A DNA stretch of 42,903 bases from a virus: the IMG/VR virus record IMGVR_UViG_3300045988_034633; one strand, 5' to 3'. Below, one piece after another: positions 33,430 through 42,701 of this stretch. The position numbers and the translations under genes were made by a program. Each line of letters opens with the position of its first letter. The stretch's first letter is position 1. The notes below the pieces were generated by a model. The model was not told where the DNA came from, did not search any database, and saw nothing but the letters and a program-made list of their open reading frames with translations.

Positions 33430-34053
33430 GTGATTCTGCCGATGGAAAACACCGAGAAGATGATTTTTCCGGGCGTGGGCAAGTATGGCATCCCTGAAAT
33501 CAAGCCAGAAACGGACATCCGCATCGACAAGCTGGAATGGATCCCGGTCAATTATGCGCTGACGGCCAAAGACAAGGCCACAAAAGGCGTGCATTTTTAC
33601 AAGGACGATTACCAGTTTGAACGGTTCTGGAACAACCCTGACAAATACATTCCGCTTTTGCAGCAGTTCGGCGCGGTATGCTCGCCTGATTTTTCGCTTT
33701 ACAGCGATATGCCGCTTGCGGTGCAGCTTTTCATGCACTACAAAAAGCACTGGCTTGCGGCATACTGGCAGGCGCACGGCATCCACGTCATTCCAACGCT
33801 CTGCTGGTGCGGCGAGCAAAGTTATGAATGGTGCTTTGACGGCGAGCCCAGAAACGCCATCGTGAGCATTTCAAGCCACGGCACACAATCTGACCCATAC
33901 GAAGCAGAGTGCTTTGCCAAACACTGCCGCAAGGCGCTGGAAGTGCTGCAACCAAGCAGTATTTTGTGGTATGGCAAGTGTCCGGCAGAATTTGACTGGA
34001 ACGTGACCAAAATCAAGCCATTTCAATATGAAAGGAGGCACTACCGTGAGTAA
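33430..34053 (+). CDS. DUF4417-like protein
   Basis: RBS ggaggg 7 nt before the GTG. ...GVHFYKDDYQFERFWNNPDKY...SPDFSLYSDMP...HWLAAYWQ pattern that I recall for DUF4417. Confidence 0.5.
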   Translation: MILPMENTEKMIFPGVGKYGIPEIKPETDIRIDKLEWIPVNYALTAKDKATKGVHFYKDDYQFERFWNNPDKYIPLLQQFGAVCSPDFSLYSDMPLAVQLFMHYKKHWLAAYWQAHGIHVIPTLCWCGEQSYEWCFDGEPRNAIVSISSHGTQSDPYEAECFAKHCRKALEVLQPSSILWYGKCPAEFDWNVTKIKPFQYERRHYRE

Positions 34054-34089
34054 AAGAGGTTCGGGCAGCTCCGCAAGAGCTGGCGGCGG
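34031..34089 (+). repeat. 59-bp direct repeat, copy 1 (RBS + first 14 codons)
   Basis: Identical to 34429-34487 except at 34038/34436. Confidence 0.9.
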
Positions 34090-34429
34090 CATGGCAACGC
34101 TCAAAGGAACTGAAAAACAGGTTGAATGGGCTGCAAAAATTCGGGAAACCACAAACAATGCGCTTGACGATTCCATTGCATTTGCAAAAACGCAAACCGC
34201 AAAAATGGGCAAAGACCGCGTGAATGCAGCAGTAGAATGGGCAGAAAAGGCCAAAAGAGAAATCAATTCGACCTCAAGCGCAAGCGAATTGATAGACACC
34301 ATCGGCGCATACATCGGCAGCAAAACAGGAGAATCCGCAAAACAGTCCGCGCTTCTCGGAATCACAAGAACGCTCCAAAGCGGAACGGGAGACCTTGCCA
34401 AGAGACTAAAAAAGGCAAGAGGACTGTAA
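34046..34429 (+). CDS. Leader-sharing cargo protein 2 (VSKRGSGSSARAGGG...)
   Basis: RBS aaaggagg 7 nt before the GTG. Helical C-terminal part. Confidence 0.6.
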   Translation: MSKRGSGSSARAGGGMATLKGTEKQVEWAAKIRETTNNALDDSIAFAKTQTAKMGKDRVNAAVEWAEKAKREINSTSSASELIDTIGAYIGSKTGESAKQSALLGITRTLQSGTGDLAKRLKKARGL

Positions 34430-34487
34430 AAGGAGACACTACCGTGAGTAAAAGAGGTTCGGGCAGCTCCGCAAGAGCTGGCGGCGG
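34429..34487 (+). repeat. 59-bp direct repeat, copy 2
   Basis: See copy 1. Confidence 0.9.
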
Positions 34488-34962
34488 TGGAGCTGGCGCA
34501 GGCGCAAAAGAAAAAGAGCTTTTTACTGTGGGAAAAGATGGTGTGCGGACATACGATGATTCGCAGAAAGAGCCAGGAAAGGAGTGGATGCTTTCTAAAC
34601 ATAGCAACGAAGCTATGAAAGCATTTAGAAGCCTGAGCGATGTTCATTGTGTGTGGAATAAAGGATTTGACGTGCTTGAGGGTGATAAAAAGCCCGTAGG
34701 CATGAAAAGAAGCCAGCAGTGGGACTATCTAAAAAACCACAACATAAACTCTTTTATTCTCAGAGTTCCAGAGGGACAAACAAAAAGAGCGCTCAAGCAA
34801 ATGGAAGACTACGGCTATCATGTTGTTGCAAAACTGGCATCAAATTCAAAAGATAAGCGAATTTTTGATGATAACGAGTTTTATATGTCCAAAAAGAAAA
34901 TGCAGCGGCTTGGATTGGATTTCAAGGTGGAAACCTACTGGAAAAAAGGATGGAAAGGCTGA
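34444..34962 (+). CDS. Leader-sharing cargo protein 3 (VSKRGSGSSARAGGGG...)
   Basis: RBS aaaggaga 7 nt before the GTG. The C-terminal part is encoded by a lower-GC segment. Confidence 0.6.
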   Translation: MSKRGSGSSARAGGGGAGAGAKEKELFTVGKDGVRTYDDSQKEPGKEWMLSKHSNEAMKAFRSLSDVHCVWNKGFDVLEGDKKPVGMKRSQQWDYLKNHNINSFILRVPEGQTKRALKQMEDYGYHVVAKLASNSKDKRIFDDNEFYMSKKKMQRLGLDFKVETYWKKGWKG

Positions 34963-34968
34963 TGCATC

Positions 34969-35421
34969 GTGAACTTTAACTACGACATCAAATTTACCGA
35001 CAACACCCCACGGCTGCTTGAGGCGTTGGACTCATGGGCAAAGCGGGTGCTGACCCTCTGGGGAATGACGGTGCATGACTACGCCCAACTGCTTGTGCCC
35101 ACCGGCACGGCAGACAGCACGGGCATTGAGGGCTATGTGGGCGGTGCGCTCAAGCAGAGCCTGACCTTTGCCCTCGACCTTGCAAAAAAGACCGTGACTA
35201 TTGGCAGCGACCTGTTTTACAGCCTGCTTGTTGAGCTGGGCACGGGAATCTTTGCCGAGAAAGGAAACGGACGCAAAACGCCGTGGGTCTGGAAGGACTT
35301 CAACGGCAAGTGGCACTTTACCCGGGGCATGGCTCCCCGTCCGTTCCTCCGCCCGGCGGTGGAGGATCACATTGACGAGCTGCGAGAGATCGCAGTGGAA
35401 GAAGCGAACAAGGAGGCGTAA
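34969..35421 (+). CDS. HK97 gp10-family protein (unusual position before the scaffold)
   Basis: ...LVELGTGIFAEKGNGRKTPW...APRPFLRPAVE pattern. GTG start. Confidence 0.55.
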   Translation: MNFNYDIKFTDNTPRLLEALDSWAKRVLTLWGMTVHDYAQLLVPTGTADSTGIEGYVGGALKQSLTFALDLAKKTVTIGSDLFYSLLVELGTGIFAEKGNGRKTPWVWKDFNGKWHFTRGMAPRPFLRPAVEDHIDELREIAVEEANKEA

Positions 35422-35424
35422 TTC

Positions 35425-35640
35425 ATGAATTTGGAGAAAATGTTCAAAACGCCAAAAGAAAAGTTCCTGCCCGATGATGTGAAAACTGCGCACTGTGAGG
35501 CAGAAGACCTTTTCCTTGAGCTTGCAACGCAGCTTGACGCACTTCCTGAAAGCCGAGAAAAAAGTCTGTGTATGACAAAATTACAGGAAGCGAAGTTTTG
35601 GGCGGTCGAATGTATCACCAAAGTTGCGCGCAAAAACTAA
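35425..35640 (+). CDS. Small helical protein
   Basis: RBS aaggagg. ...SREKSLCMTKLQEAKFWAVECI motif. Confidence 0.5.
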   Translation: MNLEKMFKTPKEKFLPDDVKTAHCEAEDLFLELATQLDALPESREKSLCMTKLQEAKFWAVECITKVARKN

Positions 35641-35680
35641 ATACTCAGCGGTTGGCGCACAGCGTCAGCCGCTTTTTTAT

Positions 35681-35753
35681 GCCGCTTTTGCACAACTGGC
35701 AGTGCTCCTGGCTCATAACCGGGGAGTTGCAGGTTCGACCCCTGCAAGCGGCA
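35681..35753 (+). tRNA. tRNA with CAT anticodon (Met elongator, or Ile2 type)
   Basis: Perfect 7-bp acceptor gccgctt/aagcggc, D arm gcac/gtgc, anticodon arm cctgg-CTCATAA-ccggg, and T arm gcagg-ttcgacc-cctgc. Confidence 0.85.
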
Positions 35754-35831
35754 CCGCACCGGCAGCACGTCCGGCAAATAAACCTTATTGCCAAGCATGG
35801 CAGCCCGAGCAAGGGCAGAAAGGACTATCAC

Positions 35832-36422
35832 ATGGCACTCGAACGCAAGACTCTCCGGGCGATTCTGGAAGATGAAACGACTGACACCAGCGGCAAGCTC
35901 AAGAAAATTCTGGACGTGCTGCATGAGGAAACGGACACTTTGCAGAACCAGCTCGATGAGAAGAACGCAGCCCTCGCCAAAGCCGAAAAGGACCGCGACG
36001 CAGCCAACGGCGGCAAGCAGGCCGCTGAAAAGGCACTGACCGACTACAAGGCCAAGCAGACAGCAGCAGCCAGCAAGGCGGCCAAGACCGCTGCGTTTAA
36101 GCAGCTGCTCAAGCAGGCGGGCGTTCTGGAAAAGTACATCGACGACATTGCCGACGACTCCAAGAAGGGCGACGAATTTGCCGCCGGTCTGGAACTGGAC
36201 GCCGACGGCAAGGTGAAAGACGCCGAAAAGCAGCTTTCCAGCATCAAAAACACATGGGGCGGCAAAATTGCCACCACCAAAACCACCGGCGCAAAGGTGG
36301 ACAACCCTCCCACCAGTTACGCCGGGACTTCTCCCGAGGATTTCAAAAAGATGAGCCTTGATGACCGCATCAAGCTCAAGAACAGCAACCCTGAACTGTA
36401 CCAGCAGCTCCGGGCAAAGTAA
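35832..36422 (+). CDS. Scaffolding protein
   Basis: Highly helical K/E/A-rich 196-aa protein immediately upstream of the capsid gene. Confidence 0.7.
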   Translation: MALERKTLRAILEDETTDTSGKLKKILDVLHEETDTLQNQLDEKNAALAKAEKDRDAANGGKQAAEKALTDYKAKQTAAASKAAKTAAFKQLLKQAGVLEKYIDDIADDSKKGDEFAAGLELDADGKVKDAEKQLSSIKNTWGGKIATTKTTGAKVDNPPTSYAGTSPEDFKKMSLDDRIKLKNSNPELYQQLRAK

Positions 36423-36439
36423 GAAAGTGAGGCTATTAT

Positions 36440-37465
36440 ATGGCACAGACTGGCACTTTTGGCGGCTTCGACTTCGACGTTGAGGTGTTTGGCGACTACA
36501 TGGCCGAGCAGAACACCATCGACACCAGCATCGAGGCCTCCGGCATCATCAAGGACGACCCCTCCATCATGGGCCTGATCGGCGAAAAGGGCAACGTTGC
36601 AACCATCCCGTTCTACACCGAGCTGGACGCCACGGCGGATAAGCCCCTGAACAACGACGGCAAGACCGACAACACCCCCGCTGAGGTCACTGGAAACAAG
36701 CAGACCACCATGCTCATCCAGCGCATGAAGGCGTGGAAGTCTCAGGACTTCACCAAAGAGCTGACTGGCGCAAACCCGATGCAGCACATCGCAAATCAGG
36801 TCACACACTACTATCAGCAGGTCTGGCAGAATGTGCTTATGACCATCACGGACGCTGTGCTGTCTACTACCGATCTCAAGAAGCACATCTACGACATCAC
36901 CAAGGTTGGCGATGGCAAAGTTACGCCGGAATCCCTGATCTATGCGCAGGAAGCCGCTTTCGGCGACCACGCAATGAGCGGGGGCCTGCTCATCATGCAT
37001 TCCACTGTCTTTGCAAAGTATCAGGCAGCAAATCTCGTCGAGTTTGAAAAGTACACCACTCCGGGCGCTCTGTCTCAGGCTTCTCCGCTGGCACGCATCG
37101 GTGGGATGGTCGTGATCGTAAACAACGCCGTCACTTCCGCATCCATCACCGATGCTTCCATCAACGGCGGCAAGGCCACGACTGCATACAAGACCTATGT
37201 TCTGGGTGAAGGCTCTTTTGTGGGCTGCCGTAAGACCAACTACGAGAATCCCTACTACACCGACTACGACCCTGAAAGCAAGGCCGGCGTCCAGAAGCTG
37301 TACACCAAAGAGGGCCGAGTCATTCACCCCAACGGCATGAGCTTCAAGGTGGACAACGTTGCCGAAGCGTCCCCCAACGACACCGAGCTGAGTGCAAAGG
37401 CCAACTGGGAACGCCGCATGAAGCTGGAGAACATCCGCATCGGCCAGATGCTTTCTCTGGGCTAA
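36440..37465 (+). CDS. Major capsid protein
   Basis: RBS aagtgagg. 341 aa after the scaffold. No protease gene is present. Confidence 0.8.
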   Translation: MAQTGTFGGFDFDVEVFGDYMAEQNTIDTSIEASGIIKDDPSIMGLIGEKGNVATIPFYTELDATADKPLNNDGKTDNTPAEVTGNKQTTMLIQRMKAWKSQDFTKELTGANPMQHIANQVTHYYQQVWQNVLMTITDAVLSTTDLKKHIYDITKVGDGKVTPESLIYAQEAAFGDHAMSGGLLIMHSTVFAKYQAANLVEFEKYTTPGALSQASPLARIGGMVVIVNNAVTSASITDASINGGKATTAYKTYVLGEGSFVGCRKTNYENPYYTDYDPESKAGVQKLYTKEGRVIHPNGMSFKVDNVAEASPNDTELSAKANWERRMKLENIRIGQMLSLG

Positions 37466-37485
37466 AAATTCGGGGGTGACTTTGC

Positions 37486-37896
37486 ATGACCGTCCCTGAA
37501 CTGTGCGTTTACACGCACAATTTTTTTGACCGGGCGGACGACCCAATTGCCGGGGAGTTCATCTTTGAGCCGGATACCGTGCCTGCCGGGGTAGTGCCGG
37601 GGCAGTATTTCCTTGTGTGCGGATCTATCTTCAACGACGGTGTGCACAAGGCCGGGGACGGTGATCTGACTGCCGAGACCTTCAACGGCACGGTGCAGCC
37701 CATGCGTGTGCCGCCTGACTTCGTGGCGCTGGCTGAAAAAATCGACGCATACGACAAGGCACTCCCGGCCGGAGGCGTGTATGTGTCCCAGTCCTTTGCC
37801 GGGTGGTCCGGCACGATGGCTACCGGCACGGACGGCCTTCCCGCAGACGGCAAGACCCGCTATAAATCCGAGATCAATCAGTGGAGGAAGATGTGA
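37486..37896 (+). CDS. Head-tail connector candidate
   Basis: RBS gggggtga. Position after the capsid gene. Confidence 0.45.
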   Translation: MTVPELCVYTHNFFDRADDPIAGEFIFEPDTVPAGVVPGQYFLVCGSIFNDGVHKAGDGDLTAETFNGTVQPMRVPPDFVALAEKIDAYDKALPAGGVYVSQSFAGWSGTMATGTDGLPADGKTRYKSEINQWRKM

Positions 37897-37897
37897 C

Positions 37898-38266
37898 ATG
37901 GTCAACGCGTTCACTGCATCCACCGTGATGCAGAGCTTTACCCAAAAATACCGCTTTCAGACCCGCAGCTATGAACCGGACGGCGTGGGCGGCTTTGTTT
38001 CCAGCTGGCAGGACGGCCCGAAGTTTGAGGCCGTGGAGCGCCACGACACCACCGTGGAAGCTCAGGTAGCAGAGCAGGCTGACACCGCATCCACCTATAC
38101 CCTGCTGGTCAACACCGGTGTGCCGCTGACCTTCCCGGACTACATCAAGCGGGTAAGTGATGGGCAGACTTTCCAGATCACCAGCGCAGCAGACGAAACC
38201 AAGGCCCCGCCGGAATCCGGCATGGGGCTGCGGGCCGTCAAGTGCAAAAAGGCGGTGCTGCCTTGA
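37898..38266 (+). CDS. Head closure / head-tail adaptor (SPP1 gp16-like)
   Basis: ...YRFQTRSYEPDGVGGFVSSWQDG...YTLLVNTG...DYIKRVSDGQTFQI pattern. Confidence 0.6.
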   Translation: MVNAFTASTVMQSFTQKYRFQTRSYEPDGVGGFVSSWQDGPKFEAVERHDTTVEAQVAEQADTASTYTLLVNTGVPLTFPDYIKRVSDGQTFQITSAADETKAPPESGMGLRAVKCKKAVLP

Positions 38267-38643
38267 TGGGACCGTCTGAGAGCATCAACCGGGCGCTGAA
38301 CGCTTTTTTCAACGGCTTTGGCATCCCGGGCTATCTGGAAGATAACATCCCTCCTGCCGCTTCACTGCCTTACCTGACCTACAAGCCAACTATCCCCGGC
38401 GGGTGGAACGAGACGGCATCCTTCCACGCCCGGCTGTGGTACCCAAGCAAGGGCGGCAGAGCCCCCATTCTGCAAACCGAAGATACGATCAGCGCAGCCC
38501 TCGAGGACAGCACAACGCTTTCCTGTGAGGGCGGCGCTATTCTTTTGCACAAAGGCACTCCGTGGGCGCAGCCGCTCGACAACCCGCCCGAGGGTTATTT
38601 GTGCGAATACCTCAATTTTGAACTCACACGGTTTATACCGTGA
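38266..38643 (+). CDS. Tail completion / terminator-like protein
   Basis: TGATG overlap. Position before the major tail protein. Confidence 0.45.
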   Translation: MGPSESINRALNAFFNGFGIPGYLEDNIPPAASLPYLTYKPTIPGGWNETASFHARLWYPSKGGRAPILQTEDTISAALEDSTTLSCEGGAILLHKGTPWAQPLDNPPEGYLCEYLNFELTRFIP

Positions 38644-38656
38644 GTAAAGGAGCAAT

Positions 38657-39232
38657 ATGGCAAGAAAATTTTCCAAAATTTCGCAGAAAGCGTTCGAATC
38701 CATGCAGTTCAACGCAGGCATCGTGGTCAACAAGTTTGATGTAACCGGCGAGACCGAAGTTCAGGACGCAGACATTATCACCGCCACCACCGGCGGCATC
38801 ACCGCGACCTGCAAGGCAAACTTCACCGATCTGGGCGCGGACGTGGACAACGCCCAGAAGAACACCGCAGAGCTGATGCAGATCGAGGACTACGACTGCA
38901 CGCTGGCCTTTACGGCCCTGAATGCCACAACGGACGTTATCAAGCTGGCGCTGGGCGCTGCGGATGTGAGTGACAAGAAGGTCACGCCCCGTATGACTCT
39001 CGACCCCACCGCCAGCACCGGCGACTTTAAGGACATCTGGTGGGTTGGAGACACGCTGGATGGCGGTATGGTTGCAGTCCGGCTGATGAATGCACTGTCC
39101 ACCGGCGGTTTGACCCTGAAGACGACCGACAAGGGCAAGGGCAACATTGCAGTCACCCTGACCGGCTGCCCCCGTCTGGGCAGTGATACCGTGCCTATGG
39201 AGTGGTACTACAGCCCCAAGGCCGCAGCATAA
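38657..39232 (+). CDS. Major tail protein
   Basis: RBS aaaggag. 191 aa and beta-rich. Directly precedes the chaperone pair and the tape measure. Confidence 0.7.
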   Translation: MARKFSKISQKAFESMQFNAGIVVNKFDVTGETEVQDADIITATTGGITATCKANFTDLGADVDNAQKNTAELMQIEDYDCTLAFTALNATTDVIKLALGAADVSDKKVTPRMTLDPTASTGDFKDIWWVGDTLDGGMVAVRLMNALSTGGLTLKTTDKGKGNIAVTLTGCPRLGSDTVPMEWYYSPKAAA

Positions 39233-39244
39233 GGAGGACGCCGC

Positions 39245-39649
39245 ATGAAATTTTTGACAGAGCTGTCCGATGAAGATTTTCTGCGCCACTGCTGGCAGAT
39301 TGCCGATGTGGCAGAGGAGGTCTTGGAAAAATCCAAGATCATGGAGCTGTGCAAGGTTCTGCCGGTCTTGACCGGCGAGGAAACGCCAGAGGAGCTGGAA
39401 CAGAAGAAGAAGGAACAGGCAAAAAAGAACATTCAGGCTATGGCAAAAAGCTTGCTGTTCGACAATGCCGCTGCCACCGCAAAGCTGCTTCCGCTGCTCT
39501 ATGAGCCGGACGTGGATGAAAACGGGGTGGTCGAAAATATCGGCCCGTTCAAGAAGATGCGCGCGGTGAAAGAGCTGCTGAACAACGATGATGTGATGGA
39601 TTTTTTGCTCTGGTGTCTGCCGTTGGTGCTGGCGGGTACAGACGCCTGA
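39245..39649 (+). CDS. Tail assembly chaperone (gpG-like)
   Basis: RBS aaggagga. Acidic 134-aa protein upstream of the tape measure. Confidence 0.75.
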   Translation: MKFLTELSDEDFLRHCWQIADVAEEVLEKSKIMELCKVLPVLTGEETPEELEQKKKEQAKKNIQAMAKSLLFDNAAATAKLLPLLYEPDVDENGVVENIGPFKKMRAVKELLNNDDVMDFLLWCLPLVLAGTDA

Positions 39650-39915
39650 TTTCTTCCATCAGCCCGGACGCGCTGCGGCTGTTTGGCAGGCCGTACATTT
39701 TGCAGCACTGCCTGAACACTTTGCGGCAAGAGCGCATCACACTCAGCTATCAGGCGTACATGACGGACGCTCTGGCGAACCTTATAGGCGCGGAAGAGCG
39801 GTGGTACGACATGGTGTCCGGGCTTGTGGAAAACCGCCCACAACCGCCGCAGCCGTCCGCTGATGAAGTGATAGCACGCATTAAAAATGGCTTGAACGGG
39901 GGTGATGGAACCTGA
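39245..39915 (+). CDS. Tail assembly chaperone, -1 frameshift fusion (gpGT-like)
   Basis: The -1 frame stays open from the slippery site to 39915 (…FFALVSAVGAGGYRRLISSISPDALRLF…). Confidence 0.65.
39601..39607 (+). promoter_or_regulatory. -1 programmed frameshift slippery heptamer T_TTT_TTG
   Basis: In the zero frame the codons are gaT TTT TTG. Position near the 3' end of the gpG-like ORF. Confidence 0.65.
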
Positions 39916-39926
39916 AACTTTTTGAA

Positions 39927-42701
39927 TTGAGCGCCACCCTCGGGCTGGACGACAGTGCCTACCGGCAGGGCGTGGAAGAGACGAAGTCTCAGACTAAGGC
40001 CGCTGTCTCCACCATGATGAAGGATTATAACCGGCTGTACAGTGAGGTCATTCACCTTACGGCAGCCTATCAGAAATCACGGAAAGAGACCGGGGAAACC
40101 TCCGAAAAAACTAAGGAATTTGCCCAGAAGCTGAAAGAAGCTCAGGCCCAACTCAATACCACGGCACAGGGGTTAAAGACTGCGGAAGGGTACATGAACA
40201 GCTTTGGGGATGCCGCATCGGGGTCCAGCAAGTCTCTGGCCGGTGCCATTGCGCAGGGCACGATCATGGCGGGCGTCTTCTCGAAGCTTTACGCCGCTGC
40301 ACTCAGTGCCGCAAAGGGCTTTATCCAGAGCGGAATTGACTATAACGCCCAGATCGAGAGCTACACCGTTGGTTTTACCAATATGCTTGGCAGTGCAGAA
40401 GCTGCACAACAGGCAATTGACCAGATCCAGCAGGATGCAGCACGCACACCGTTCAGCGTGGAAGCTCTTACACAGGCAAATCAGCTGCTGATCGGCGCAG
40501 GTGAAAACGCCACCTACGCTGAAAAAACGATCATGGCATTGGGAAATGCCGTATCGGCTACAGGCGGAAGCAATGCGGAGCTGTCCCGTATGGCAGCCAA
40601 CTTACAGCAGATTGCCAATGTCGGCAAAGCCTCCGCAATCGACATCAAGCAGTTTGCTTATGCAGGCATCAATATTTACGGTCTGCTGGCCGACTACACA
40701 GGCAAGTCCACAGCCGAAGTGCAGAAAATGACCATCAGTTATGATCTGCTGACGCAGGCTTTGCAGGCCGCATCCGAAGAGGGCGGGCGCTACTACAACA
40801 GCATGGACACCCAGAGCCAGACCATGAATGGCCGCGTGTCTACCCTGCAGGACAATGTAAAGCAGCTGGCGGGATTGCTGACCGGCGATTTATCCAGCGG
40901 CGTCGGCGTTGTAATCGGAAATCTGAATGATCTGATCGTAAAGGCGCAGGAAGCCTACAAAACGGACGGCTGGATTGGTCTCGCAGGCGCGATCACCGGC
41001 CTGACGGAGCCTATCAACACGGCAAAAAACGCTTTCAAGGACTTCGCGAGCAAAGCCACCACATGGCTGGATCAGCTGAGCTATAAACTCAACCGTTTTC
41101 TCGGAAAAGCGGCCACGGCTGACTTCGATACCTACGAAGAGTACGCGGATGCAAATAACCGGAAGAGTAACCGTAACCGTTTACGGCAGAATGCTCTTTC
41201 CGGCAAAAGCGTAAGCAATAAAAGCTGGTCTGAGCGTCAGGCAGAGCTGGCGGCAGCCAATGGCAGTGGGGGCAGCTCTATCGTCACCACAGGCGGTGGC
41301 GACGGCAAAAAATCCACAGGTAAAAAATCCACCACCGAAACGGTCATTTCGTCCATCTCCAGCACGGTTACAACCACCGCGCAGAATGCGCTGGGCGCTG
41401 TGACCACCAGCATCCAAACCCTTACCGAGAAGGTCAAGGACAGCGCGGGCAAAATTAAAGACCGCATCACCGAGACCACCACAACGACCGGCAAGGAGAT
41501 GGTGAACGGCGTTGCCACGACCTTTAAACAGGTCGAGACCAAAGTCAACGGAACGGTCACAAAGGTCACAAAGACCTATGACGACATGTCAAAAACGCTG
41601 CTTGGCACCTTGACCAACGTCTCGGAAACCACCTTTGACGGCATCACCACAAAGGTGCAGCAGGCGGTGGAGAAGTACGCAGACGGAAGCGAGCATACCA
41701 AGAAGACCGTCACAGAAACCGGCGAGCGCATCGTGAACGGCGCAGCGGAGACCTACGAGAAGGTCGTCACCTATGTGGACGGCGTCAAGGATAAGGTCAC
41801 AGAGACCGCAACCGCTATTGACAACAGCGTCAAGGGCGTGCAGAGCCGCATCGAGCAGTATCTGTCCGGCGCTTCCGAAGAGTCCGGCAAGGGCATTTTC
41901 GGCATTATCAAAAACATCGTGAATGATGCCAAAAATCAGGACTGGGGCGGCATCGCGCTGGATGTCACAAACCTAATCTGGGGCGAAGTGTCGCAGGGTC
42001 AGCGCGAAGTGATCTCCAAGTGGTTTGTTGACGCCATGGGCGCTGTCAACGAAGCCTATTCCGGCGGCGGTCTGAGCAATGCTTTTGATGCGGTCAAGGC
42101 CATTTTCGGCAACGGCATCACCAAGAATGCAGACGGTGTGACCATGGCAATCAAGGGCGTCACGACCGAAGTAAAGTCTCTGGGTGAGATCGTCAACGGC
42201 CTTGCCGGTTCCGGCGGCGTGGGCGGTGCGATCGGCTCGATCATCCAGAGCTTTTCCGGCATGGCAAGCGGCATCACGTCCGAACTGGGCGGTATCGTGT
42301 CCTTTGTCGCCGCGAACCCCATCCTTGCGCTGATCTTAGGCTTGGGCGCGGTCGCTGGCGGCATCGGCATTGCCGCGTGGGCAAACAGCCGGAAGAACAA
42401 ATCCCCGGTCAGCCACTACCAGAGTCCCTTTGACAAGACCGGCGTGTATGACAGCCTGGGCACCTTTTCCACCCGCGCAGCCCTGCAGTACCGCGTTACT
42501 GGCCAGCAGTCCATTGTTGACCGGCAGACCAGCATTCTGGAGCGCATCGAGGGGATGCTGGACGAGCATCTGCCAGACATCGGCAAGGGTCAGGTGGTCA
42601 TGGACTCCGGTGAGCTGGTGGGTGTGCTGTCGCCCCGCATGGCGACCAACGTAGATGCACGCATCGGCGTGACAGTGGAACGGAAAGCGAGGGGTGTGTA
42701 A
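39927..42701 (+). CDS. Tape measure protein (TTG start; CTG at 39912 possible)
   Basis: 924 aa, helical, with C-terminal TM-like segments. Position is canonical. Confidence 0.9.
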   Translation: MSATLGLDDSAYRQGVEETKSQTKAAVSTMMKDYNRLYSEVIHLTAAYQKSRKETGETSEKTKEFAQKLKEAQAQLNTTAQGLKTAEGYMNSFGDAASGSSKSLAGAIAQGTIMAGVFSKLYAAALSAAKGFIQSGIDYNAQIESYTVGFTNMLGSAEAAQQAIDQIQQDAARTPFSVEALTQANQLLIGAGENATYAEKTIMALGNAVSATGGSNAELSRMAANLQQIANVGKASAIDIKQFAYAGINIYGLLADYTGKSTAEVQKMTISYDLLTQALQAASEEGGRYYNSMDTQSQTMNGRVSTLQDNVKQLAGLLTGDLSSGVGVVIGNLNDLIVKAQEAYKTDGWIGLAGAITGLTEPINTAKNAFKDFASKATTWLDQLSYKLNRFLGKAATADFDTYEEYADANNRKSNRNRLRQNALSGKSVSNKSWSERQAELAAANGSGGSSIVTTGGGDGKKSTGKKSTTETVISSISSTVTTTAQNALGAVTTSIQTLTEKVKDSAGKIKDRITETTTTTGKEMVNGVATTFKQVETKVNGTVTKVTKTYDDMSKTLLGTLTNVSETTFDGITTKVQQAVEKYADGSEHTKKTVTETGERIVNGAAETYEKVVTYVDGVKDKVTETATAIDNSVKGVQSRIEQYLSGASEESGKGIFGIIKNIVNDAKNQDWGGIALDVTNLIWGEVSQGQREVISKWFVDAMGAVNEAYSGGGLSNAFDAVKAIFGNGITKNADGVTMAIKGVTTEVKSLGEIVNGLAGSGGVGGAIGSIIQSFSGMASGITSELGGIVSFVAANPILALILGLGAVAGGIGIAAWANSRKNKSPVSHYQSPFDKTGVYDSLGTFSTRAALQYRVTGQQSIVDRQTSILERIEGMLDEHLPDIGKGQVVMDSGELVGVLSPRMATNVDARIGVTVERKARGV

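Noticed and set aside
35425-35640. Whether the 71-aa protein with TKLQEAKFWA is a cyclic-oligonucleotide sponge (Acb2/Tad-type hairpin protein)
   Set aside because: The resemblance rests only on a vaguely remembered helical motif. I cannot support the family assignment without a profile search, so it is left as a hypothetical protein.
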